Assembly: GCA_016748015.1 (NCBI GenBank)
Contig: JAAOMT010000664.1
Span: 1,183,518-1,247,517, forward strand
Direction of reading: 5' to 3'
DNA: 64,000 bases
Origin: Geosiphon pyriformis uo1
Lineage: Eukaryota > Fungi > Glomeromycota
Positions 1 through 11,115 of this stretch are shown in pieces. Position 1 is the first letter of the stretch. Every line of letters starts with the position of its first letter. Made by a program: the position numbers and the translations under genes. The notes beneath the pieces are model-generated. The model worked only from the letters and a program-made list of their open reading frames with translations. It searched no databases and was not told the DNA's origin.

Positions 1-3000
1 AATCTCGGTTTTGTTCTTGGGGGGTTTCTACCTTTATGATGCAAAGGTGATTTTATTTTTTCACGTAAAGCTTTACCTCGGCTTTTGGGAGCGATTATTA
101 AATAGTCATCTTCAACCATTTCAGAATCGCTTGAATCGGTTTGATATTGAGGCTCTTCAATATCTAGCTGCGCGCCTCTTTGAGAATCTAATATTTCTTC
201 CAAAGTCATTTCACGCAATCTAGAACTTTCGGCTGGTATCCATTCATCAAATTTAGCGTCCCATCCATCATAGTGAACACGAATCCTGCTGTTTTGAATA
301 TCCATCATCATTCCAGTATACCAATTCCCATCAAGGCACAAGACTTTGACTCGTTTATAAAGTTCAAAGCCGTATTGGCCACCTCTTCGAGACCGGCTTC
401 CTAAATCATCTCCGAAAAGGCTTCGACAATAAGAGCAGAGTTCAAGGCTTCCCACTCGTTGAACATTCAAGTGCAATACATTGCAAGATTCACAAACTTT
501 CTGAACAAGTTTCGGGTGCTTTTTTGAAAAATATAAGGATTCATCATCCTCTATATTTGAAGTTTTTCTCCTAACTTTAAGAACTCCTTTATTACGGCGT
601 TGAGGCTCAGTTTCACTAAGGCTTGTTGATTGCTTACTAATACTGAGAGTATCAAATTGAATATTCTCTACACTATTGGATAAAGAATTGTTGATATTGT
701 GTTTATTGGAACTGCTGGATTTTTTGCTAATTTGTTTTCTTTTTGATTTGCCTTTGTCAACCTCTTTATTAGCCTCTTTATCCATCCCAACATCATAGAC
801 TTCAGCATTTGTTTCTAGCTGACTCCTAGAATTTTCCTGATTATTATACATTTTCTGAATATTATTGTCATGAATAGACATTCTTAACCTCTGGCTATCG
901 ACCCGTAACCATTCATCATATTCTTGCCCCCATCCATCATAATGAACTTTCACTTTAGTTTTCTCAACTTTGACAATTTTCCCAGGGTACCACAACTTGT
1001 CAAAACTAAGAACTTCAACCTTATGGTTTAATTCATAGCTGTGAGACATTGATTTAACTCTGGTCAATTCGGGGGCAAAGAGAGGTATACATTTAGGGCA
1101 TAACTGAAATGCACCTATTTTTTCAATATTTTCGTGAGCCTTATTGCAAGATTCGCAATTCTTCGTAGTGGGGACCCTTTGTTGTTCGTTTGACTTTTTT
1201 CGAATACTTAAGGTGTTTACCGCAAGTTGTGAGTTTTTTATCTGGTTATTTCTCGGATTTGAGGATTCTTTCTTTTTAATTTGCGAAGCCTTTTCGACAA
1301 CTTCGATCCCTCTGTCTAAATTTGACGTTGAATCTGTATTTTCAGAAGCTGAAGAATCCAAGTCTGAAAGTGAAGTTAAATCACTACCGTCACTATCCAT
1401 AAAATCGAAAACTGAGGATGAAATTATTTTTGAAGTAATAATCTCTGGCTGATCAGGCTTCTTTATTTCTGGCTTTAAGGAGATTTCTAATATATCCAAC
1501 TCTGGAGGCGTTTGTGGTTTTTCATCAAGTTCTTTTGGCTTGAAATTCTCGCTAAGGCCAAGTTTAAAAACCTTTCCACTATCCTCCTTAGAAATAAATA
1601 GGGTGCTCTTTGAACATTTAAGATTATCAATGGGATATGATTCATTATGATTGCCCTCTATATCACCTATTTGCTGACTTCCTTCATCTGAACATACAGC
1701 CTTAATCCTATCATCTTCGATGCCCATTGATATGTTAATTTTCCTCAATTTAAATTCTCCCGCCTCAAATGAATCTTCGACTGAAATTTGACTTATTTCC
1801 ACTTTGTCATCTTCTCCAGAGACAGAAGTTTCATCATGCAAAAAATGAAAAGATGGACGGATATTTATATTTTGTTGTATACTAGTCGAGGGATTTGTTA
1901 CAATATCCTCAACACTCGGTGTTTTCATAAGGACATCCAAAGGCTTGCTTGGAAGATCTGGATAATCAGGAGCAAAATTTTGTTGAGGATTTTCCAATCT
2001 AACTTGCTTCATGAACATAGGAAAACCTAGTATTTCGACACTAGGACCATCATCAATTTTCATTGAGCAGATTTTGATATTCGAGTCTACAATGATTGGT
2101 GGTTGGGAAAAAGTGGGATTTTGGGATGCCCGGAAAAAAAGGGGTTCGTTTAATTCACAAAGTTTTTTCACATGATAGCTTGTTCCAGATCCAAGGCTTT
2201 GAACGGGTAGCAAAGGCTCGTCAGTTCTTTGTTCATCTGGATGTGTTGACCCAAACATTACTGTATTTCCCTTATTATCTATATGACTTTCTACTTGATC
2301 TTCAGGTGAACCAATTTTAGGTGAATTTGATCTACCGTTATTTGACAAAAGCTCTTCTGTTTTGTTCTGATTTTTATTACTAGAGATCGTTAGTTGATCC
2401 GAATTAAAAAGTTTCTTTCGATGGTCTACTATTGGTCTGTCTTCTGGTAACTTTTTAGGTTCTGAGGATAAAACTTGCTCTTTATTCTTCTCTTCATCAT
2501 AGATGACCATTTCCAACTTAATTCTCTACGAATGAAAGAGATGTGTTCGACTTGGACATATGGCATTTTAATCTCTAATAAAGAAAAATACAGCTTCAAC
2601 ATACCTTTTTGAATCCAAAATCTTGGTTTTGATTATCTTCCTGTATTTTGGTCCCAATATTGTTAGGTGTATAGCCTAGTTTTAAGCGGTCCACTCTAGT
2701 TCCAAGATTAATTTTGATGGTGTTACCCATCTTCTTTTGAGTGAACAGTTTGCGGTCATCTTTGAAATAGGATTTTTTCGGTTCTATTTCATTAGCAGTA
2801 AGGTGAGCATTAGAATGGACTAAAGTCCGCTTTTTCGTTTCTAATTTTGTTTTTTTCTCATCTGATTCCTTGGACATATGCTTTATAGTTTCATTTCTGG
2901 TTTTGGTATTCGCCAAACCAAGGCTACTCGAAGTAACATTCTTTTGATCAAATGCGATGTCATTTTGTGTATCCCGTATCGTTGGTTTCTTGAAATTAAA

Positions 3001-3928
3001 ATTTGGATGTTGTAAAAACACAACAGTTTTAAAATAAAGAACATACTCATCCAATAGAACTATTTACCTTTGTGGAATAGAGAATGGGACCGGCCTCAAT
3101 ATACGGAGAGGGAGTTGGGGCTGGAGGAGTTTGATATCCAAAAATTGATTGTAGACCTTGTGCATTTGGATATTGATGATGCAGAAAAACCTGTCGTTGC
3201 TCACGTTCATGTGGTATATTATGAGAATCGTAAAGGAGAAACTGAGATAAATGACATCTTAGTGAATATATCATCACTGGAAATTTTCTTTTGGAAAATT
3301 TTAAAACGAAGATTAACCTGAGGATTTTGGGAAGAGTTTTGAATATCTTGACCTAACCAAGTAGGATGATTTTGAAACTCTATATTGGGCCAATTAGAAG
3401 CTTGTTGATAATTGTGGTTCGCTACCCCAGTGATCGGCGAATGGTTGGAATAAATATGGTTTTGAAACACGAATGATTGAAGCGAGCTTGGGGGATACAT
3501 GTTTTGAGAATGAAAATATCCCGGTTTGTTTGTTTGGTAATTCTGTCCATTCCTATACAAATTGCCACGTTTCGGTTTTTGTTTCCGAAAATGATCGGTA
3601 ATGGTAGTTTGATAATTATGATTACCACCTTGATTTCTATCGGAACTGTTAACAGTAAGCTCTTGCTGAAAACTTGGGAGGTCTCTAGATTGAAAATCTT
3701 GAGGGGCACCTGCTTGTAAAAAATTTTCGAGTATAATTAAATAGGAGAATAGAGGTATCATTGAAAAAGCGCCAAAAAATATTCTATCACTCTAAAACTA
3801 TTGAGCAAAATAACAAAGTTAAAGCCAAATGAATAGTGTCCACCTTCACCTGTCCTAGCCGTTTGAGGCTGCCAGTTAAAAGTTGGTGAGTTTTGTGAGG
3901 GCCAGAGGGAATTATGAGAGGACTGCAT
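1..3928 (-). CDS. Spliced chromatin-reader-like protein with two tandem C4 zinc finger + Tudor-knot (chromo-barrel) modules; 3' end beyond the left edge
   Basis: Inferred exons are 3928-3850, 3709-3318, 3241-3068, 2988-2605 and 2525-<1, with phase-compatible GT-AG introns. The last exon reads open wherever translated and is in the same frame at both ends. It encodes CESCNKAH..LCPKC followed by KVEVLSFDKLWYPGKIVKVEKTKVKVHYDGWGQEYDEW, and CESCNVLH..LCSYC followed by RVKVLCLDGNWYTGMMMDIQNSRIRVHYDGWDAKFDEW. VHYxGW..xDEW is the Tudor-knot/Esa1/PHF20-type motif. The start codon is uncertain and an upstream exon is possible. Confidence 0.8.
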
Positions 3929-4877
3929 TGCATTTGCTGGCCACACTCCGCGAATTTTTTGGGAGCCTTAAAAAGTTCAGACCTTGCGCATAGAAAGACT
4001 TTAAGACAGCGGTTTTGTTCTAAGTGTTCAGGAGAACATATATCAAGAAACTTACAGACAATCCTCAGAATTTTATGTTGCACGTCCCCGAGGAACCTTT
4101 TTAATTGGTAGAAATTTATGGCTCAGTTAATAGGCTATATTGTTAGTTACCGCTATTTTGAGCAAAGCTGCCAATTCGAAAAAGAAGAGAAAACAAATAT
4201 GGAATAGTTACAAGAGGCCGAGAAATCCCAAGTTCAAGAGCAGGAACGAAGTTACTAGCACTCTAAAAATGTGCTTTGAAAACTCGTGGCGAATTGGAGG
4301 CAGCCATTATATCGTATGCAGACACATAAAAAAAATTGTTTGACGGAACATGACTGTTGTGCAACCGATTTTAACTTTTTTGAAGATTTTCCGTTGCGGC
4401 TAGAAGGGCTCAACGTAAAATTGGCCATAATAAAGGGTAAAAGACGACATTTTACTTTTATTTAAGAGTTGAGCGAGCGAAGCATTTCTTTCCTGCAAAA
4501 CATTTTTATTGATGCAATGTCACACGTTTTCAACACCTAGTTAAGTAAATCTAGTTTTTGGTGTATCATTCCCAGATATTGGGGTTTACAGTTGCTTTTC
4601 CTGGACAAACAACGCAAGTACGTGCCCCAAGGTTTAACCGTTAAAACTGAACAGTGCATTTGTGATTAACCTTCACTGTTCGGGACAAATCAAAGATTTA
4701 TTTTTATTTTTTGAATGATCAGCTATGGTCATCTTTAATGTAATCTATTTCCCAGGCAGTATAGAAATTGAGACAACATCGATCATTTCTGAGATTTTAT
4801 CAGTGAAATCCAGATTTATTTGAATGAGAAGTTAGACCATTAATAATCAATAGTTAAACATTGTGAGGATTCAAAAA

Positions 4878-7183
4878 ATGTTCTCGGGATTAAATTTTCA
4901 TATTATTAACGCGAAGCTTAATGGCGAAAAGATAGAAAACCTAAAGGGTCAAATCGTTACTCTAGGAGGCAAAGTTTCTGATAATATTTACGATGCCGAT
5001 GTATTTTTAACAGTTCTTAAATCCCCGGCGAGACTCACACGTTACGTTTCAGAAAAGGTTGAAAAACCAATAGTGTCTTTGGACTGGATTGAAGAATGGT
5101 TCGAAAAGATCATCAATTTGCTAAATAGACATGATTAAAAAGCTTCTTTTCACAAATTTTGGATGTTTAATTCTTCTTAGTATAGTTGCTAAGACAAGGT
5201 TGCCTTTTAACGGGCACCTATTAGCTAGCTTAAGAACAAACAGCAAAACGAATGATGCTGCGGAGTCAGAAATAACTGGCTCTCAAGGATCACAAAGACA
5301 ATTGGACATTTATTCGGATGCCAGCAGTTTTGAAAGCGGGTAAGTACCATATTTTAGAAATATCAAGCTTGATTATATTTATCGCTTACGTTCGTAGCTT
5401 GTCGGCCGATTCTAATTTAACGGATGACGAAATTCTCGAACAAGCTGATGAAACTGCTGCTTTGGGTAATGGATAATACTATTGGAGATAGTCTCTTAAG
5501 CTTTGTGCTAAAATAGATATTCCCAGATTATAAGGTTCTTCACTAACTCTATTACCTTAGATCCCAGATTTCTTAACACAAAGTATGAATGTCTTCGCCC
5601 TACACCGCTCATTCCAAGATATAATCAATCCTTAATTGAGCTACTGGACATTTTAGCAAGAGACCGGGAAGTCAATGAAGAATCTCTTAATGCTTTGAGT
5701 TACCGTCATGCAATAGCTGCACTGAAGGTAAATTTCACATATTTATATTAAGATTTTAAACAGAAGTATGATATCAACTGATTTTTTGAATATTTTGGTT
5801 ACAGGCATATCCAAAAGACATTGAAAGTGCCAAGGAAGCAAGAAAAATAAAAGGTTCCTCGAAATGCCTTCTTGCTCCACTTTTTCAAATGCACTAACAT
5901 TTAAATATGCCTAGGGATTGGTCCGAAAATTAGTCTTCAAATTCAACTATTTTTAGAAACAGGTACAATTGAAGAAGCGCAGGAGATTCGTGTTTCTGAG
6001 AAATTTCAAGTTTTGGATACGTTTTCCCGTGTGTATGGTATGTGGACACTATCTGAAAAAACATAGCTTTCATTACCATCAGGGAAAAAAATTGATTTTC
6101 TATAGGTGTTGGGTTTAAAACGGCACAAGCTTGGTATCGCAAAGGTTATCGAACAATTGATGACTGTTTAAAGAATCCAAAATTGACTGAGAACCAAAGA
6201 GTTGGTCTAGATCTCTTTAAGGATTTTCAAAAAAAGTCTCGTTTTGAAAATTTATCGAAATAACTGCAGTTTTTTCAAATCTTTTGAAATCTAATTTTTA
6301 ATAATATCTTAGGATGACGCGCCGAGATATTGAAGAAATTCTTGAAATTCTTGAAAAAGAGATTACAGCCATACACCCTGATTGTAAAATTACTCCTGTA
6401 GGAGGTTATCGACGTGGTAAAGAGTTTAACGGAGATGTTGATGTTATAATATCGCATTCTGACGAAAAAAAATCCGGAGAATTACTTGAAGAATTGACTG
6501 ACCGATTATCAGCAAAAGGTATAAATTTTGTATCAAGATTAACAGAGAATTTTTCCGATTTTAATGTTTTTTTTTTACTTTCATAGGATTGTTAAAATAT
6601 AAATTTTTTTATACCAAGTCAAGTACAGTTTCTAATCTCATATCTAGAAAGCATCATATGATGGACCGTCTAGATAAGGTAAGACTTGCTATTATTGCCT
6701 AATACTGATCAAGACGATTGCTATTTAAACAACTTCCTTTAATTATTAGTGCTTTTGTGCATTTTATCAGCCCAGCTCTAAAATTTTTCGGCAGTTAGAT
6801 ATAATTGTTGTCCCAAATATCCAATATCCCACTGCACTTCTGGGCTGGACAGGTTCTATTTTTTTTTATTTTTTTATTGATAAAGTTATCTTATAGTTTT
6901 TAAATTGTTCCTGTTCTTGAATTTCCTTCAGGATCCCGACAGTTTGAGCGTGCATTAAAATTATATGCATCAAAGGTCTTTTCGATTATAATTAGAGCAG
7001 TGAATACTTTTTTGAAATTTGCATAACGTAAGTTAACTCTTTTAGGAAAAGAACCGAGTTTTTGCATCCCATGGTCTTTTTACCAATACCAGGCCACGCA
7101 GGCGCATCTTTGTCTCAAGTGAAAGGGAAATTTTTGATATTTTACAGATTCCTTGGATAGAGCCTGAAATGCGAAATTGCTAA
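4878..7183 (+). CDS. pol4: DNA polymerase family X (Pol4, Pol mu/TdT-like) with N-terminal BRCT, about 12 exons
   Basis: The first exon is BRCT-like (LGGKV..DADVFLT..IVSLDWIEEC). Later motifs are YECLRPTPL, the HhH motifs GIGPK and YGVGFKTA, palm GGYRRGKEFNGDVDVIISH, RQLDII..ALLGWTGSRQFER, SHGLF, and C-terminal IPWIEPEMRNC* (TAA 7181-7183). About 11 short GT-AG introns (e.g. 5099-5180, 5466-5560, 6519-6586). Confidence 0.93.
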
Positions 7184-7507
7184 TGAAATCTCCAGATTAA
7201 AAATTAAAATCCAAAAACATGGAAGAACGTTTTAGAATTATTGAGCAGAAATGACCACAACATTATATACACCCGATTTTTTGATAGTTTTTTTATCGAT
7301 CAGATATAAGTTGTGTCCTCTTAATGGTTGTGGTACAAGCCCGAATTCTTAGAGTACTATTATTAGAATATTGGACAAATTGAGCTACACACATTGTCTG
7401 ACACCACTGTTTTTTAAATGCCAAATAAGAACACTAGCAGTTATCAAATGACCTAAAAACAGGAATAAATATTTTCATTTAACCCTCTCTTAGATACTCT
7501 TCTATCA

Positions 7508-9340
7508 ATGGACAAATATCAGGTTAGCTATGATCCATAACCTAGAGCTGCTTTTCATTTTTAAGCAGCTAAGCTCACATTCTGGAATGTTTCTTCATCG
7601 CTCGAAAGAAAATTGAAAAACTCGGAGAAGGTAACTGTGATTTATGTAAGTCGAAAGCTGTAGAAAAGTGCTCATAATACTCTTATGCATGGATTATATT
7701 TTTTAGGAACTTATGGGATCGTTTATAAAGCCCAAAATAGGGATACAAATGAGGTTGTTGCACTGAAACGAATACGACTTGACAACGAAGAAGAAGGGGT
7801 AGTTAAGCGATTGATTTACTATAAAAAAAGTTGATCTTTCAGTTTATCTGATCCTTGATATACTCAGAGAAGCTCGTTAAACATTATTTGAAAAAGGTTC
7901 CATGTACAGCCATTCGTGAAATATCTTTACTTAAAGAGTTAAAGCACCCTAATATTGTCAGGTATCACTTTTTAATTATTAAGTCCTTTTAAATCATATA
8001 AATGTCAAGATGCTTGATTTTTCAAATTATATTTCAGACTATATGATGTATTACATACGGAGAAAAAGCTGACATTAGTATTTGAATATTTGGATTCTGA
8101 TTTGAAAAAATTCTTGGATACATACGGAGGAGATCTTGAAGTGCCGACAATCAAGGTACTTAGGAATTTAAAATTGCCAGTCATTATCCCTAAATTTCTA
8201 ATTATATATTCTGAATGAATTTTCCCAGCAATTAATGTACCAACTTCTAAAAGGTATCGCATTTTGTCACGAACATCGGGTCCTACATAGGGTAATTTAC
8301 TTTTCTTTTTAGCCAAATTTCCACAATACTATATACTTATCCAATTCTTGGCCATTAAATTTTAGGATTTAAAACCACAGAATTTGCTCATTAATAATAA
8401 GGTAATTTTGTCTGAAGATGAGGTTTATACACATAAAAAGGCACATTAATAAATTTTATGACACATAAGAAAGGTGAACTGAAATTAGCCGATTTTGGTT
8501 TAGCACGCGCTTTTGGAATCCCTGTACGAAGTTATTCCCATGAGGTTAGAGATAAAACAATGATACATCTTCAAAATACTTGATCTTTTTATTTAAGTTA
8601 TAATCTTTGATAGGTAGTAACGTTGTGGTATCGTGCACCAGATGTTTTGATGGGATCAAGACAGTATAATACCTCAATTGATGTATGGTCTGCTGGATGT
8701 ATATTTGCAGGTAAATAAATTTCATTTTCTATTGTAAAAATAAGTATTAATTATTGAGATATGTTTATTAAAATATGAGCTTTTAATTATAGAGATGGCC
8801 TCTGGTAGGCCATTATTTCCCGGAAGTTCAATCAAGGATCAACTCCTTCGAATATTCAAATATCCTTCAGATCTTTAACAAATTTTTGATTTTGATTTTC
8901 CCTAGTTTACTATTTTCAATTTCCTTATCACTTTGAACAGTTTTAGGTACACCAACAGAAGAAACGTGGCCAAAGGTATCGCAATTTCCGGAATATAAAG
9001 TAATGTAAATTTTCTCAATCACTCTTAGCTTGAATTTATGCATAATCGAAGTTATATTAATTGGTTCATACTAAATATTTAAGAGTGATTTCACAATTTA
9101 TCAACGAATTCCTCTTGAGAGCCTCTTGCCAAAATTAGATCCACAGGGTATTCACTTATTAAGTGTAGGTCTATATTTTCAAACCCGGTTTTTTGGGTCC
9201 AATTTTCTAATGATTTTTTTTCATCTTAGAAATTGATAGAATATGAACCTGACAAACGTCTGGGTGCTGAAGATGCGTTACAGCACCCATACTTTGAGGA
9301 AATTCGAAAAAAGGATCAAATTCAACAGGCTCCCGTATAA
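7508..9340 (+). CDS. CDK5: CDK5-like cyclin-dependent kinase (PCTAIRE helix), 13 exons
   Basis: Spliced translation: [113 protein letters not shown]. Exons are 7508-7522, 7609-7630, 7707-7798, 7897-7961, 8038-8155, 8229-8291, 8366-8401, 8470-8544, 8614-8710, 8793-8859, 8939-8999, 9084-9164 and 9230-9340. Confidence 0.93.
8860..8938 (+). other. U12-type (minor spliceosome) AT-AC intron in the CDK5-like gene
   Basis: The 5' site is ATATCCTT (8860), a branch-like TTCCTTATC lies about 10 nt from the 3' end, and the intron ends in AC (8937-8938). Removing it restores [12 protein letters not shown] in frame. Confidence 0.9.
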
Positions 9341-10165
9341 TTTTAACGTAATCAATTATTATCAGAAGATTTGATGATACCCTAGTACTTCCACGTGGGC
9401 TGTATACTATATTCGTCAAAGTGGTATAATTTAATAGCATATGAATAAACATAATTATAGATATTACTAACTATTTTGTGGATTTCAGGTTAGAAACGTT
9501 TCATTCTTTGATCTTTTAATACAAAAATAATTACACCTTAAATTTAGGGAAATTTTGAATATTTATATCAGATCACTAAATCACTAATCATCCACCCATA
9601 AAAACTAGTTGGATTTTATTCTTGGGAAATATTTTTTTTTTGGAGACACAAGATTCGGTCGAAAATATTCATCGCTTTTTACAGCAAATTTTTGACACAG
9701 TTTTTGAAGACATTCGACGGATTCTTTAATCAAAAATATTAAAATTGTGGAATACATTAAAAATTTATTAAGATTTTGGATTTGAAAATGAAAATAAATT
9801 AAGCTTGAAAGTGTTTTTTTTTACTTATTTTAATATCTTATTTTGCAAATTTTTGGTTAAGGTTTTTTCTTTTGGCAATTAAAAGATTAATTCTGTTTTT
9901 TAATTTTTACTTATTATTTGTATTGTTGTTTAATAAAAATATTAATTTGTTTTTTAATTGCTGTTTAATAAAAATAATTAATTTTTGTTTTACAGTAATT
10001 ATTTATGCAAATTTATAGTTATATTATGTTAGTAAATTTTTAATTTAACTGTAAAATGTTTTTTTTAATAAGTTTTTTTAATTATAATAATATTATATTA
10101 ATTTTAAAAAATAAAAATTTAATTTTTGCAGTTAATAATTAAATAGTTTTAAATAACTAATTTAT

Positions 10166-10167
<2 letters not shown>

Positions 10168-10201
<34 letters not shown>
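10168..10201. repeat. (TAT)n microsatellite
   Basis: About 11 consecutive TAT units. Confidence 0.9.
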
Positions 10202-10255
10202 TTTTATAATATAATAAAATATATATTTAAAATAAAAACAAAATATAAGGTTTGG

Positions 10256-11115
10256 TGTTATAGATGATTATTTAAGTAATTGAAAACAAATAACAAACCT
10301 ATAACTTGGTGTTTAATAGTTTATATAATTGGTATTAGTAATATTTGAAAATTTTGGTGTCTAAAAGTTTTGGTTAAGTCTTTTGTATAATAAACAGAGA
10401 TTCAATATCAATATTCTGTTGTGATATTTTTAGTTTCTTTTTCAACCCTTAAGTTGGTATGCATTATTGTTTATAGCTTCTCAGAATATTTATTCTGTCA
10501 ATTTCTTTCTTAGTTTAATAGCCAGTCTCTTGGTAAGCTATTCTTTAATTCTAAGTGTCTACTTTTATTTTTGGATTTTTTACTAGTCTTTTTCCTAATG
10601 TTAGTACTTTGTGCTTTAATCTCCTTAATTAGTTAGTAATCAACAAAACAAAATAAAAAAAAAATTAATATTTTATCAATAGCCATTATCAAGAGCTATT
10701 GTTCCAATGTGGTTAAGTATTAATAGAGTAAAAATAATTAATATTTTTTAATCAAATAATGATAACATAGATTCAAGTAATAATTGATAATTTATTAATA
10801 TGTGATATGAATTTTGAATCACTTCTAATTGGTTTTCTTAATTAGAGATTTTTAGCTATCTGGTTTTTTTTTTGCTTCTAATACTTTTGCTATATATATA
10901 TAATTGATGTTCTATGAGATCTTACACATTCATGAGCAATGTGCTATAATTTTTCAAGCAATGTGCTCTAATCTACTGATATTACTTATATTGTTGAGCA
11001 ATATATCATAATTTACTAGCAATATATTTATGTGCTCAATACTATTCTCTTATTGGTTTATTTTTTCTATCTGTTTTTCTTACTATTTTTTTTGTACTCT
11101 TTTCTATGAGTAATA
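10256..11115 (-). repeat. 3' LTR of Gy-A element
   Basis: Direct repeat of 18941-19834; termini TGTTA...GAGTAATA. Confidence 0.85.

Noticed and set aside
11-3719. Plus-strand ORFs 11-223, 1144-1452, 1788-2030, 2096-2320, 3070-3321, 3477-3719
   Set aside because: They are antisense shadows of the minus-strand spliced gene and show no motifs.
7962-8037. Second possible U12 intron in CDK5 (GTATCACTT donor)
   Set aside because: The donor deviates from GTATCCTT and no TCCTTAAC-like branch site is visible; treated as U2, though it could be a converted minor intron.
5930-9452. Minus-strand ORFs 5930-6142, 6275-6457, 8005-8316, 9207-9452
   Set aside because: They are antisense to Pol X and CDK5 exons and introns.
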